Notes: generated by a model from the letters alone, not told the origin. Counted from the stretch's first letter, positions 39,947-56,186 are shown. The stretch is 64,000 nt of DNA from Octopus vulgaris (GCA_951406725.2 OX597830.1:8680001-8744000); one strand, 5' to 3'. Made by a program: numbers and translations.

Positions 39947-40046
39947 NNNNNNNNNNNNNNNNNNNNNNNNNNNNNNNNNNNNNNNNNNNNNNNNNNNNNN
40001 NNNNNNNNNNNNNNNNNNNNNNNNNNNNNNNNNNNNNNNNNNNNNN
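39947..40046. other. 100-N scaffold gap
   Basis: Exactly 100 N. Confidence 1.
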
Positions 40047-41899
40047 AATACAAACAAGAACAACAACAACAGTAACAACCACTGTTACAAGAAAGAAACA
40101 ATTTATTATTGGCAAGACATAACATCCACTGCAAAAGCAACAACAACAACAACAACGATATGAAGAACATAATAGAGTGTTTTGTGTGAAATGTTAACAA
40201 GAAGATTAGAAGATAAATCTGATTAATAAAACTGTAATTAACTGATCTTTAACTTTCCAGCAGCTCTTCCACTCTCTACAACTTCTTCCCCTCCATCTCT
40301 CTCCTTTCTCACACTATTGACTCTTTAACCCTCCACCCCTCCTCTTCCATCCTCCTCTTCCATCCTCCATTTTCTTCTTCTTCTTCTTCTTCTTCTTCTT
40401 CTTCTTCTTCTTCTTCTTCTTCTTCTTCTTCTTCTTCTTCTTCTTTCTTCTCTTCAGTAACACTTTAACTCTCCTTCACAATTTCTCCCTCCACCCATTT
40501 TTTTTACCTCTTTCTATCTGTCCCCTCCTCTTTCGTTTCTTTTTCCATGAACCCTTTAACTCTTCCTTTCTCCTTCATCTTACTCTCTCCTTTCTATCCA
40601 ACTCTCTTTCCCCTCCCCTTCACCTTCCTCTCCGTCTCTCCTTCATCTCACCCTCCTCTCCCTCCCACTTTCTAATTTCTTTAACTGTATTCTTTGTCTC
40701 TTTCTCTCCTTTCTCTCCCTCCTTCTCTCTCTCTCTCTCCTTTTCACCTCCCTCTCCCTTCCGCTCTCTCTTTCTGCTGCTTTTCTTCTTCAACTCTCCC
40801 TTTTCTTTTCCCACCTCCCTCTCTCTCCCTTCTTCTCCATGCTTCTTTCCTCATTTCTTTCCTCTTCGTCTCTATCTACCAACCTCTCCACTTCCCCTCC
40901 TTCTTTCGCTAAACCTTTATCCTCCCCAGCCTCACACCTCCCCCTCTCTCTCCCATCCAATTCTAACACACCTTATCCTTTTCCACGTCTAATGTAAACA
41001 TGCACTCACATACACACACGCATATAGACATATGAACTCGTATACGTACACACATACACACACAAGCACATACGTCTACACACATGCATTAATATATGTG
41101 CATATATATACACATATACACACACGCGCACCAACACACGAATACACATCTCACACTTCAATGCCAGATTGTATCAACGCTGAAGATACGTTGCTGTGTG
41201 TGTGTGCGTGTGTGTGTGTGTGTGTGCATGTGTGTGTATATATATATATATATGTATGTTGTTATGTGTATGCGTATTTGTTTGCGTGTAGGGGTGCGGA
41301 TTGCTGTGTACGGCAGGAAGTGTGACAAAGTGTACCTGTGTATGGAGGTGTAGATATGTGTGAATGTGTAAAAGGTTTTGAAGATGACTATGTATGTGTG
41401 TGTATATGTGTGTCTACGTTTGTGTGCGTGTATACTTAGGTGTGTTTGTATAGGCGTTTGCATCAAAATAAATGTGTCTATATGTGGTTATATGCGTGTG
41501 GATGTGTAATGTGTGAATAGTTATGTTTAGACGAGTATGAGGTGCGAAAGATGTGTGTGTGTGCGTGCGTGTATAGGAGTGTGTGTGTATGCGTGTGTAT
41601 GTGTAGCTGCTGTTATTTAGCCCTAGGTAACTCTTGATCAATCAAAAGCAATCCATCAATGACCACTCCCTCACTGTATCCTTCTATGTCCCTTTTTAAA
41701 GTATGCCATTTTTTAAAGGGAGTAACTAGGTAAACCCTTTTTTACGTTAACTGGCGTATGTAGATATCTATACATGTTACGTATAATATATAGCATATTT
41801 ATAATATACACACAAACGCACACATGTGACGACTATACCTGTTGCCTTTCGGTTGTAAATTGCGAATAGCCACCTTAATAATCTATATATAAGTTGTGT

Positions 41900-42185
41900 C
41901 ATCTAAGGCGAGGACCATGTACTGCAAAAGCTTGGAATTCAAGCGCTCACAGCTATTGAACTCCTTGCCAAAACATCTGAGGGAGATCTCCATAGAGTGG
42001 AGGAGATGTTTTCAAGAAACAACATGAACTCTTGCAAGACATGATCCCAAATGAACTAAAATAAAAGCAAGAAACTCAAAAAAGGGCTGCAGTGTCGAAA
42101 TCCCTCCTTCACCAAAAGCTAAACCCATAGAATTGGCCAATTAAAAGGTGATAACACTGGCGGTACCCCCAGCATGGTCGGCCGT
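41900..42185 (+). mobile_element. CR1-type 3' end (copy B)
   Basis: Duplicate of 27440-27725. Confidence 0.75.
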
Positions 42186-42235
42186 CCTAGAGAACAATAC
42201 CAAAATCAGTTGAATTTTAATGTTTGCTGCTTCAA

Positions 42236-42633
42236 GGTGGCGAGCTGGCAGAAACGTTAGCACGCCGGGCGAAACGATTAGCTGTATTTCGTCTGCCGTC
42301 ACGTTCTGAGTTCAAATTCCGCCGAGGTCAGCTTTGCCTTTCATCCTTTCGGGGTCGATAAATTAAGTACCAATTACGTACTGGGGTCGATGTAATCGAC
42401 TTAATCCGTTTGTCTGTCTTTGTTTGTCCCCTCTATGTTTAGCCCTTGTGGGTAATAAAGAAACAAATATTTCGTCTGTCTTTACTTTTTGAGTTCAAAT
42501 TCTGCCGAGGTCGACTTTGCCTTTCATCGTTTCGGGGTCGATAAATTAAGTACCAGCTGCATACTGGGTTCGATCTAATCGACTGGCCCGCTCCCCCAAA
42601 ATTTCCGGCCTTGTCCCTTGAGTAGAAAAGAAT
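42236..42633 (+). mobile_element. SINE family M dimer (copy B)
   Basis: Duplicate of 27776-28175. Confidence 0.85.
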
Positions 42634-43107
42634 ATGTTTGCTGCTTTCTTTCTTTGCTTCCATTAATATTCTTCTAGTCTTTTGATTCTCCGCTCTAATC
42701 TTTATTCGTTACCATTTCTTTTCTTTTTTTTCCTTTTTTGTCTTTGATACCCTCGAAATATTCTGGAAGGTAGAATCTCGAGGATATTTTGTTTTTCACG
42801 GTTGGCAATCATGTGGCTAATGTCTTTTGTTTTCGTTCTGCATACCCGACATTTTGCTGTCCGCAGATGCCTAAGTATGTTCACACCTCTCTGCACACTT
42901 CTGCACATGCGTGCAAACATGCATGTCATTGCACATATACAGATGAAGATCTGCAGGCTTTGACTGCTCTGTGTGTACATAGGCATATGTTCATTTGCTA
43001 CAACGTATATATGTGTGTGTATGTGTGTATGTATATATATGTGTGTGTGTATATATATATGTATGTGTGTATATATATATATGTATGTGTATATATATAT
43101 GTATATA

Positions 43108-43148
<41 letters not shown>

Positions 43149-43365
43149 GTATGTGTGTATATATATGTATGTATGTGTGTATATATATATTTATATATAT
43201 GTATGTGTGTATATATATATGTATGGTATGTGTGTATAAATATGTATGTGTGTGTATATATGTGTGTGTATATATATATGTGTGTGTATATATATATATG
43301 TGTATATATATGCCATATATATATATTATGTGTGTATGCGAATGTGGTGTGTTTGCATATATATA

Positions 43366-43590
<225 letters not shown>

Positions 43591-43609
43591 ATATATATAT
43601 GTATATGTG

Positions 43610-43704
<95 letters not shown>

Positions 43705-43706
<2 letters not shown>

Positions 43707-44700
43707 CTAACTAAACTCCTCAAATGCTTTGCATTCTTTCCCAGTGATATTAATGGCTTTCTAATTGTAATTTCTTAATTAGCCGTGTCGTCGTTTCTCA
43801 GTTTTTGTGAAGCCCAGCATCTCAGGATTGTTACTAACGCAGCGAGTTACATAACCAAGTGCACCAATAATCAGAAGAATAAATCTAAAGTTGTATTCCG
43901 GGTGGGGTACCTGCAGATTTCTCATTAGTTCGCCATTGATGTTTTCTTTCTCATTTGTCTTAAACATGATATTCACGTCTGTTTGACTACTGTGCATACT
44001 TCCATTTTTTCCTTACGTCTATTCTGCTACGCCTACATTTTACAGACGTTTTGATAAATTCATTCCGTCAGTATTCTATTTTTTTTATGTATTATGCGTG
44101 TGTGTACCCTTCATATTGTTGCAAGTTTTTACTTTCTGATCTTAAGGTCTTCCCTTTCTACAGGTTGGTTTGGCCACCACATCATATCTCAACGATAGAT
44201 AGTGTCCCGATATAATTTTTCGACAACTGTGTATGATATGGATCTTTGGCGTTGATTCGACATGTATACCTGTATCCTTTTTGGATATCAAATATTTTGC
44301 TTCGGTCTCCACTTCCTGGATCGTAATAGCATACCCTTCAAAGCGAGAACTAATTAATGGTTCAAGAGAGAATACTTCGGTCATTTTACTGAAACTCTAA
44401 ATCTTTCTTATAAGATATCCTCACATGAATTACTGTTCATAACCAGAATGCTCTCCATATCGTGTACTGTAGAGCTGTATTCTAGGTTCACTCAAAGAAT
44501 TCTTATCGAAAAATTCCTTTTCAACTCTCACGAGGCTATCTTTTCCTTCTCTATGCACACTTGTTCTACAGATCGAAGATACCGTAGAAAGAATGATGCG
44601 ACATTGATAGGCTCTTTAAATCGATGCAAGATCTCTCATCAATACAGAAGAATCGGTGTCTATCCGAAAAAAAAGAATTAGGTTCTTTCACTACTATTGA
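43705..44700 (-). pseudogene. R4/Dong-like RLE remnant (copy B)
   Basis: Duplicate of 29095-30080; reads EGYAITIQEVET. Confidence 0.75.
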
Positions 44701-44751
44701 GATATCAACATCGGTAATCATGTATTTATGTATTTGTACATGTATGTGTGC

Positions 44752-45010
44752 GGAGGCGCAATGGCCCAGTGGTTAGGGCAGCAGACTCGCGGTCGGAGGA
44801 TAGCGGTTTCGATTCCTAGACTGGGCGTTGTGTGTGTTTATTGAGCGAAAACACCTACAGCTCCTGTTGTACTCTTTCTCTCACTCTTTCTTCCTGTTTC
44901 TTGGGTAATGCTGCGATGGACTGGCGTCCCGTCCAGCCGGGGGGGAACACATACGCCACAGAAATCGGGAAACCGGGCCCATGAACCTGGCTAGGCTTGA
45001 AAAGGCTGCA
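44752..45010 (+). mobile_element. SINE H1 + T3 (copy B, more complete)
   Basis: Retains two short segments deleted in copy A. Confidence 0.85.
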
Positions 45011-45787
45011 TAGATAAATAAACACATATGCGTATGTGTGCCAGTATAAATGTAATTACATCTAAGGATCAGTGAACTTATTCATGCACTTGTCTGACAT
45101 TGACGGGTATATAATGCTCTTATCACATGGACACAAGATGGCCGAAAATTGAAGAATTTCGTTTCGCAACCACTTGATGTCGGGTTTGATCCTACTGCGT
45201 GGGATTTTGGACAAGTGTCACGTGCCACACCTAGGGTTTCACACAATTCCTGAGAATAAGATTTGGTATAATGAAACTGTGTGAAAGTCTGTCCGATGAA
45301 ATGTACCAGTAATTTAAGGTTCAAGTTCGCCACACGGTGTGCGGATCATACTAGAGATGAAAATTACATCAATTCCAAATATGTCCGTGGAATATTCAGC
45401 CACTTGCACGTTAATTTACTGAGAAGAGTATTCAGTTGATTGAACGACTGAATAGTCATCGTCGAAACCGGTGGAGATCCATAAACACTTATCACATGCT
45501 AAACTTCTAGAATGTTTTACGGATTTTCACAATTGCATTAATGGTTTGTATCTATAGTTTTCTAATCAGGAAGAGTCCTGAAGATAACAAAAAAGGAATT
45601 ATGTGGCCACCAAGATTACTTCCTGTTTGTGAATGAGAATAATTTACTGATAGTGGCCTTGTCGTATGAGTTTGAACCCTCCACGCTTTGCATTGGCCAT
45701 TCTTTACTGTTACTGCATTGGAAATCAAATATTATACAAAGGAAACGAGCCAACACAAATGATGGACTATTCCAAACATAGGATTTT

Positions 45788-46046
45788 GAGTGCTGGTGCC
45801 ACGTAAAAAGCTCCTGTACAACATAAAAAGCATCTATGTCACGTAAAAAGCATCTGTGCACCGTAAAAATGCACCTACACCAGTGCTGTATAAAAGCGCC
45901 CAGTACACTCTGTTAGGAAGGACATCCAGCTGTAGAACCCATGCCAAAAAGACACGGAGCCTGAAGAGCCCTTCAACTAGTCAACTCCTGTCAAACCGTC
46001 CAACCCATGCCAGCATGGGAAACAGACATTAAATGATGATGATGAT
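45788..46046 (+). mobile_element. RTE-related SINE 3' part (copy B)
   Basis: Duplicate of 31128-31389. Confidence 0.65.
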
Positions 46047-46657
46047 ATTATAGAAACCTCCTTTCTTCACTTTCGTAAATTTCTGTATTGCTTATAAAGT
46101 CTTGCATATTCCAACTTGACTCGTTTTTTCCTACTACGAGGCCCTACTTTCATCCAGATACAACAAGAGATGTCCTTTCTGGTTTTGCAGAAACCAACTT
46201 CTTAAGATTGGCACTGAGGTAGTTAGTTACATACCCATGTACCCCAATAAATTACAGATATACATCTAAACCTATACAATACTAGTGGAGTATCCACTTG
46301 CTTCTCGCTAGGTTCATGTAGATGTTTTCTTTCCCCTTAAACATTAATATTCATATTAACACCCTGTTCGGCAAAGAGATTACCACTACTGTGCACCTTT
46401 ACTTTTCTAACTCCCAGATCATCATGTCTGGTATCTTGTGCATATATTCTACTGAAATATTCTTTAATATTATGAGAGAAAAAATGCCTTTCATGCCACC
46501 TTAGCTTCTCATCATTTTTATCATCAGGACTCTACTTTCTACAGATTGCAGAGCATAATTTTACCTTGTGTGTATATGTGTGTGTGGATGTATGTATGAT
46601 TTATTTATACATTTATGTAAATGTGTATACAAGAACTGTATGTTTGTATGTATTCAG

Positions 46658-46741
<84 letters not shown>

Positions 46742-48109
46742 CGGTATGCATATATATTTATATGAGTGTGTGTCACTAAGTATGTACGTGCGTATTATGC
46801 TTATACGTGTGTACATATATATATATACATACATACATATATACATACATACATATACATTCATATATACATACATACACACACACATACACACACATAC
46901 ACACACACACATATATATACACGCATAAATACATGCATACACACACACACATACACACACACACACATACACACACACACACATATATATACATGCATAA
47001 ATACATACATATACATACGGAAACGTGTTTATGCATGCTCACACATCCACATATCCACAAACATATACAGTCCATGTATGTGTGTGTGTGTGTGTGTATT
47101 ATGCGTGTGACTAAGGTGTTGTGTGATAACATCGCCTCAAGACTCGACCCTCGTCAGTTTGAAGTCAGTCAATTAACACCTCTCACTTGCAGTGTCTTAC
47201 TTCATAGAACAGCTTCATCATTAATTAATCAATTATTGTAATCAATGTCTTCACTTGATAATGAAATGTTTGTGCAGGGAAGGTGGCAGGAATGGTTGTA
47301 GTAATGGCGGAGTAGAGGGTAGTGGCATGGCGGCAGTGGAAGTGGTGGGTGGGAGTAGATGTGATGGTAGCAGTGGTGGTGGTGGTGGTGGTGGTGGCGG
47401 TGGTGGTGGTTGTGTTGGTGGTAGTGTATGGCGGAGGCATAAGTGATAAAAGTAGAAGAGAGAAAATGAATTGAAAGAAAGAAAGAGAAAGAATAAAAGA
47501 CGGAAAGAGGGAATGAGCTTTGGAGAAAGAGAGACGAGTAGTAAAAGGATACGTGAAAGAAGAGAATAAATGAATGAAAGGTAGTGAATGATAGAGAAAA
47601 AGAGAGAATAAAACAAAAATGAAAGAGAATGAATGAGTGGAGTAGGAAAGGATAGAGAGAAAAAGAAAGAGAATGTGAAGGGTGAAAGTGCGAATGAAAC
47701 AAAGGAAGAAAGAAGGAATTATAGCGTGAATGAGAAAGCGAAAAAGAATGAAAGGGGAAAGAAAAAGAAAGGAAGAAAGAGAGAATTAAAAATATGAACG
47801 AGGAAAAAAATCTGAAACTGATAACGAAGGAAGGAGAGATAAGTGGCAAAAAATGAACTAGAAAATGAAAGAAAAAGGGAATGAATGGATCAATTAAAAG
47901 AGGAGGAAGTGGGAGGGGGAGAGAGAGAGAATTAAAGATCCAATGATACCAACACATCGATATTACCAATATTCAATAAAATCCATCAATTGATCGATAC
48001 TAGAATCAGTTATACATGCCAATATATCAATGTTCACTTAATTTTAAAAATCATTCAATCATGATTTTTTTTTTCTGAGACAATTCCGTGTATATTTTCT
48101 CCTAACTAT

Positions 48110-49440
48110 TTTCTACTCTACGGACAAGGCCTGAAATTTTTTGGGAAAGTACGCAACTAGTATTTAATTTATCAATCCAGAAAGGATGAGAGGCAAAGTC
48201 GACTCACAACGTAACGCAGACGAAATATCTATTTCTTTATTACCCACAAGGGGCTAAACACAGAGGGGACAAACAAGGACAGACAAAGGGATTAAGTCGA
48301 TTACATCGACCCCAGTGCGTAACTGGTACTTAATTTATCGACCCCGAAAGGATGAAAAGGCAAAGTCGACCTCGGCGGAATTTGAACTCACAACGTAACG
48401 CAGACGAAATACCTATTTCTTTATTACCCACAAGGGGCTAAACACAGAGGGGACAAACAAGGACAGACAAAGGTATTAAGTCGATTACATCGACCCCAGT
48501 GCGTAACTGGTACTTAATTTATCGACCCCGAAAGGATGAAAGGCAAAGTCGACCTCGGCGGAATTTGAACTCACAACGTAACGCAGACGAAATACCTATT
48601 TCTTTATTATCCACAAGAGGCTAAACACAGAGGGGACAAACAAGGACAAACAAAGGGATTAAGTCGATTACATCGACCCCAGTGCGTAACTGGTACTTAA
48701 TTTATCGACCCCGAAAGGATGAAAGGCAAAGTCGACCTCGGCGGAATTTGAACTCACAACGTAACGCAGACGAAATACCGCTAAGCATTTCGGCCGGCGT
48801 GCTAACGTTTCTTATTTCTTTATTGCCCACAAGGGGCTAAAAATAGAGGACAAACAAGGACAGACAAAGGGATTAAGTCGATTACATCGACCCCAGTGCG
48901 TAACTGGTACTTAATTTATCGACCCGAAAGGATGAAAGGCAAAGTCGACTTCGGCGGAATTTGAACTCACAACGTAACGCAGACGAAATACCTATTTCTT
49001 TATTACCCACAAGGGGCTAAACACAGAGGGGACAAACAAGGACAGACATAGGTATTAAGTCGATTACATCGACCCCAGTGCGTAACTGGTACTTAATTTA
49101 TCGACCCCGAAAGGATGAAAGGCAAAGTCGACCTCGGCGGAATTTGAACTCACAACGTAACGCAGACGAAATACCGCTAAGCATTTCGGCCGGCGTGCTA
49201 ACGTTTTTTATTTCTTTATTGCCCACAAGGGGCTAAACACAGAGGGGACAAACAAGGACAGACAAAGGGATTAAGTCGATTACATCGACCCCAGTGCGTA
49301 ACTGGTACTTAATTTATCGACCCCGAAAGGATGAAAGGCAAAGACGACCTCGGCGGAATTTGAACTCAGAACGTAACGGCAGACGAAATAACGCTAAGCA
49401 TTTCGCCCGGCGTGCTAACGTTTCTGCCAGCTCGCCACCT
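48110..49440 (-). repeat. SINE family M array (copy B, 6 tail-A units)
   Basis: Tail-A ends at ~48231, 48416, 48599, 48815, 48995, 49211. Confidence 0.92.
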
Positions 49441-49820
49441 TTTTTCAGAATGACTAATATTAATGCCAACTGTTCATTTCGTATGGCGAAGTAATTATAT
49501 GATGTTGTGGAAAGTATACATTGACGTAAGAAACATACAATGAGTGTGTGTGTAAAATAATTCAATATATTGATTGTTGACCCTGGCGAAGGAGCATAAA
49601 CGTTAGGGAGAGTAAGTTGGAAGGAAAGAAGATGGTACAGAGAGGGAGAGCAAGCGAGAAAGAAAGAAAAAGATAGAAAGAGAGGGGAAGTGTGTACATA
49701 TGTACACGCACACACACACATACACATATATACATATATAATTTCATATGTAAATATGTGTGTATGTGTGTGTCTTTGTCGTCATTTCATTAATTTATAT
49801 CCTTCCCGTTTTCCCTATTC

Positions 49821-49876
49821 GTCTCTGATGACGGAATTTCCCATACTCTGGGATGTCTCAGAAACAGCTGTAAGAC
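49821..49876 (+). ncRNA. Type I hammerhead motif (copy B)
   Basis: Identical to 35387-35442. Confidence 0.7.
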
Positions 49877-50155
49877 TTAATTTTTCCAATGATAACAATG
49901 CCTATGACTTGAGATGTTTGCCTTGCCTTAACGTTTGTTGTCCTCTTTAACAATCATATATGTATATATTTGTATATGTATATACATACATATACATATG
50001 TAAAAATATGTATGTATCCACACACAGACACATGTATATGAATATAAATGCTTATAAACATATATATACATACACGCATATATATGTGTGTATATATGTA
50101 ACATACGGAGACTGGTGACTCGGTATGAATATAGCCTCTGTTTGAGGTGGGTATA

Positions 50156-50204
<49 letters not shown>

Positions 50205-51550
50205 AGTATACATTTGAGCTGAGTATATATAATTTTGAAAAAAGAATAAGCAAAGAGAAATTACTGTATTTGAACGACATAGACGAATACAGGTATATCA
50301 AATACTATACAATATAAATTCTCGATTCATTGATATTATCTCCGCCTCTACAGGGTGTATTATAATTATTTTTCTTTATATACACACAGGCGTATTCCCC
50401 AATTTTTTGGAGGGGCCAGTCACAAGACACACACCAGGCATTCCATTCATTTACCAGCTCAAAGAGGCGAGCCCCGTTCTATGCTTGGGTCAAAGTATAG
50501 AACGCAACCCCCAATATCATATGCTGGCTTACCCCCGCTACATCATGGTGGTTCCGTACCCCTTTGAGCAACATCAAATTCACTCCTCCGTCTAGAAACG
50601 CTCTCCAAGCGTTCCTATCGTTTATAAATTCCAAATGGTAATTAAGACTATCTATTCTTGAGAAGGGGAGATAATCAAGAATTGTCCAAAGTTGACTCAT
50701 CATCAACCAATGGGACAGGCTTATTGTCTAGAGAGGAATCTGAGAGGGGAATATGTTGAATAAAATCATAATTAACTAATCCTCCTCTATTCTCTTTTAC
50801 CTAAAGCGATTCCCGCCGGCGCATTGCGTCTTTGAGGCAAAACTTTATTTTACGTTGCTCCCGTCTACTCAGGAGGCAAAAATGAGTTTTACCTGTATTT
50901 GAAAGGGGCCAACTTTGTCACATCCTGTATCACGCCGAATCTCCTTGAGAACTACGTTAAGGATCTGTGTGTCTGTGAACCGCTTAGCCACTTGCACGTT
51001 AATTTCCTGAGCAAGCTGTTCCATTGATCGGATCAACTGGAACACTCGTCGTCGCCACTGACGAAGTACCAGCAAGAAGAAAATATACGTACATGTGCAC
51101 ACACAGGCACACAGACGCGTACAAGTACAGGGTTTACTTTTATTTGACAAGATGAATATTTGCAACACGGCTCTCTTTTGTTATTAATTTTCGTCATCAA
51201 GTTAAAATGAAAAAGAAAAAGAGAAACCAATGCCCCCACCCCCACCCTCGCATCCACCAGAATGTGAACGAAGAAATCGGTTAAAAGGAAAAACCAATCA
51301 AATTTAAGACAAAAGAAGGCAACAGTAACAGCTATACACATATGAATAAGGCGTCAGTAAATTTATAACTATTTATAATGGCGAAGGTGAAAAACTAATC
51401 GGTTAAGAAATTAATTATAAAGTGAAATATATTATGTATTGAATAAAAGAGGAAATAATGCGTAAACGCTGTAGCTAATACACGCATGCGTACAGACACC
51501 GGTCATTGCTAATGGTGTACGATAATAGTCGGTTTGTAAAATTTATGCGA

Positions 51551-52287
51551 CTCATATTTTCCTGTGTATACGATGCACCCTTGCAACAGACGGACTCTTA
51601 TTTTACGAGCATATTTTGAGGAAGAAGCAAATTTAGTTTGTTTAATTTTACGTTCATTAAAAGATATTTTAGAGTAGATTTGTAAGGGAAAATGTATGAT
51701 TCTATACATGCAAATACGGTGCTGTGACACTATAATGTAATATAGTATGGAACTATAAATATATCATAAGCAAAGTACGATATAGGAGAACCGTGTTTCA
51801 ACTCTACCTTCTTTCAGATCAACTTTATACTTGTTTATATTTTGGTCAGGAGAATTACTACTATACAAGATGTAAAACAAGATGTAACTGGCCACCAGGA
51901 TGGTGCTCCACCTCAATGGTTTTGCTGTCATCCATTCTTTGACTTTGATTTCGACAGGTGAATTTTCCACTAAGATAATTAAAAAATAGGTGGGTTATGT
52001 ATGCTGAGAAAAGAGGCATAATAAAATGATGTGATCTTTTCACATAACTATCGATGTACCGTGAACGATTTTTAAGCTTCTGCTAATAGTTTGTGATAAT
52101 CTCATTTGCTTTCAGATAGATATTATTACTAAAAATTATTGCACCTAACAAATTTATGCTCCTCCGTTCTCCTTGTTTATATACCTCGGTCTCTCATCCG
52201 TCTTACGGTCGCATTAGACACAGAGCAATTCTTGATACAGTTAAAAATTAAAAAACAAAAACGCATCTTATACGCTGGTAAATACGA
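51551..52287 (-). mobile_element. Decayed pogo-like element (copy B)
   Basis: Duplicate of 37115-37851. Confidence 0.45.
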
Positions 52288-52831
52288 TAAATTTTCTGTA
52301 AATATAATTTGGAATTGTTTCTGAATGGCCATTGTTCGAGATTTTAGTAAAAGGATAGTTCTGGTAGCTTTCTATGGTGCAAAGGTTGCAGGGATTATTT
52401 TCACCTCCTATGCTTTAGCTCTGGAAAGGCTCCAGAGAGTGAACTCCAGGACAGTATTGAATTGTCATTTTACGCGCTAAAGGAGGATTTTAACTTCTGC
52501 CATGGTTTCTAAAGGAATGTTTGTGCAAATTTAATACTAGTTTTAAATGTATTTGAGGTCATAATTAGATAAGTTTTTCCATTGTCGTTGATAGTGACTG
52601 AATAGAAGTACAGGGTATCCTACCATACAATTAGATTCGAGTCGTGATTTAAATGGATTTGTGGTTGTAAAGCTCCTCAGTTGTAAAAGCTTACATTGTG
52701 ATAAGCTTGGTAGCAAAATATCATTAGTATACGATATTCTTAACCATGCAGTGAGATTCGAGAAGGGAATAACTATGGGAACCAGAGAAGTTGTTTTCAA
52801 TATGTTACTATCTATATACTACATATATCGT

Positions 52832-53155
52832 GAAGGCGAGTGGCTTAGTGGTTAGGGCATTCGGCTCACGATCGTAAGGTCTTGAGTTCAATTCCCAGCG
52901 ACGCGTCGTGTCCTTGAGCAATACACTTTATTTCAGGTTGCTCCAGTCCGCTCAGCTGGTAGAAATGAGTAGTACCTGTATTTCAAAGGGGCCAGCCTTG
53001 TTGCACTCTGTGTCTCGTTGAATCTCCCCGAGAACTACGTTAAGGGTACACGTGGCTGTGGAGTGCTCAGCCACTTGCATGTTAATTTCACGAGCAAGCT
53101 GTTCCGTTGATCGGATCAGCTGGGACCTTTGCCGTCGTAGCAGACAGAGTGCTCC
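52832..53155 (+). mobile_element. SINE H2 + T2 (copy B)
   Basis: Same position as 38384-38705 but visibly diverged. Confidence 0.9.
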
Positions 53156-53205
53156 TTACTACATATATATGCTATGTGCATTTTGTTATAAATGTATGAT
53201 GGTGA

Positions 53206-53239
<34 letters not shown>

Positions 53240-53393
53240 CATATATATATATATATGATATATGATATAAGTTATATGATGTATAAAAGCATGTAATATA
53301 CAAATAAATATCTGTAAATATAAAACCATCCGAATTTTTGAGTACCTCATTTCTTCTAATATAAAATACCTGTACTTCATCTCCAAACTTTCT

Positions 53394-53455
<62 letters not shown>

Positions 53456-54534
53456 GTACACATCGCTGATGTAGTTTAGCAACAAGACGTATGAACAAAT
53501 GCGTTTCTGAAACTAAATCGAGCAACGACACTTTCCTTTTAACTCTGTAACGTGTTTCATTGAGGGAGTTGAGTTCTGTTTCTAATACTAGCATTTCGGG
53601 TAGCCACGTAGGGAGTCCCTCATTTCCACGTGGTTTTTGATAATCTTTTGGTTGTTACTGGTGTTGTTATTGGCGTGGTAGAGTTATTGTTGTGATTGTT
53701 ATAATTTTTGAACTTTATGATGTTGTTGTTGCAGTTGTTGTTGAAGTTCTGTTGCTGTTGTTGACGGTGCTGTCATTGTTGTTGCTTTTGCTGTTGTTGT
53801 TGTTGTTAGGCTTGATGGTACTGTTGTTGTTCCAGTGAAAGGTGTTAAAACAACTACAGGGAATAAATACCTATCACTCGCATGTGCACGCGCACACACG
53901 CACACTCACACATACACAAACATACATACATACGCACACATACATACATACACACACATATACATACACACAAATTCACATACACACACATGTACATACA
54001 CACACACATGTATATACACACACATGTATATACACACACATACACACATGTACATACACACATACACACACATGTACATACACACATGTACATTCACACA
54101 CATACACATACATGTACATACACACACATAAGCACACATGTACATACACACACACATGTACATACACACACATGTACATACACACATACATACACACATG
54201 TACATACACACACATACACACACATGTACATACACACATACACACACATGTACACACATACACACCATGTACATACAGTACACATACACACACATGTACA
54301 TACACACACAGCTTCTGATTTTACACACACATGTACATACACACGTATACATACATGTACATACAATGTACATACACACACATGATGTATGCACACATGC
54401 ATGTATGTATACATCTGTGTATGTGTGTATGCGTGTGTGTGTGTACGTGATCAACCTTACACTTTTAGATTTTTTTTTTTCAGTTTGTTGTTGTTGGATA
54501 TGGGTTTTGGTGTAGTGGTGGTAGCAGTGGTAGC

Positions 54535-54660
54535 GATGATGACGATGACGAAGATGCTGATAATGGTGATGACGATGAAGGAGGGGAGGGTGAAGATGGT
54601 GATGATAATGATACTGATGATGTTGATGATTAAGATGATGATGATGATGATGATGATTAA

Positions 54661-54694
<34 letters not shown>

Positions 54695-54721
54695 AAGATG
54701 ATGATGATGATGATGATGATT

Positions 54722-54754
<33 letters not shown>

Positions 54755-54860
54755 TTGATGATGATGATGATTGATGATGATGAAGATGATGATGATGATG
54801 ATGATGATGATTAAGATGATGATGATGAAGATGATGATGATGATGATGATGATGATTACG
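54535..54860. repeat. (GAT)n microsatellite
   Basis: Seen directly. Confidence 0.95.
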
Positions 54861-55400
54861 ATTGCACGGATGATGACGGCGAAAGCGGCCATAACAGAAG
54901 TTTTTTTAAGAGGCGAGATAATTTACTCGTCTACCAAGGCGTAATGTGAAGGGACGGGGGGGGGGATTGACGAAAAAAGAGGGGCGATTGGGGGAGGAAG
55001 AGGATAAAGGGGGAAGGGGAGAAGGTAAAGAGGGAGAGGGGAGAGCAAAGGACAAGATGAGGAAAAAACCGGAAGCTAATTTAAAGTTGCTTACCGCCAC
55101 ATTTCACTATTTAAGGGTTGTTGTTGTTGTTGTTGTTGTTGTTGTTGCTGTTGCTGTCGGTGTTGTTTCACAGATTCTCATAACTGATGGTGTTGATTGA
55201 TTAATGCTGTTGTTGTTGTTATTGATGTTGTTCTTGATGATGACAACGATGATTACGACGACGATGATGGTGATGATGATAATGATGATGATGGTGACGA
55301 TGGTCATGATGATGGTGATGTTATGGTTAGAGGAGGTTGTCGATGAGAAACAAGTGTGAAGAAAGAAAAGAGAGGGAGAAATAAGAGAGAAGGAGAGTGA

Positions 55401-55431
<31 letters not shown>

Positions 55432-55975
55432 AGGAGAAAGAGAGAGGTGTTGAGAGGGGAGGGGAGGTTAAAGTATTATGGCGCAAAAAAGATCAAAGAA
55501 ATTTCAACTTATTTACCGACATATTGCCTATGTGTGTGTGTGTGTAGGCTTGTGCGCATGTGTACGTATGTGTGTGTGTGTATATATATACATATATATA
55601 TGGGTGTGATTGTGCGTGTGTATGTGTATGTGCATGTGTGCACACATACACACACACAGAGACATAAATCAATGTTATATAAGACAAAATGGGTGCGTGT
55701 ATGTATATGTATGCATATATATATATATATATATATTATACAAACACATAAATTAATGTGTAATATGTAAGACAAGTAGTGATTCAGGCAATTATTACTA
55801 AAATATATTAGCCATTAATACATATATCTTCCTACTACACACACACACTCACATTATGTATGTATCTATGTTTGTATATATTTATGTGCATGTGTTCGCG
55901 TATAGGTATATATGTGCGTTTATATATATATATATATATATATACATACATACATACATTATATATATGTATATG

Positions 55976-56061
<86 letters not shown>

Positions 56062-56186
56062 CGTACATATATATTATACACACATAGATACATATATATA
56101 TATATACATACACATACATGCATGCATGCATACGTATAAATATATAAATGTAAATGTTTTCCAAATAAATTGCACCACACATTTGA

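Noticed and set aside
44752-44825. tRNA genes at SINE heads (also 1300-1362, 19380-19457, 38384-38455)
   Set aside because: A/B boxes are present but they run into SINE bodies and lack a clean acceptor stem and terminator.
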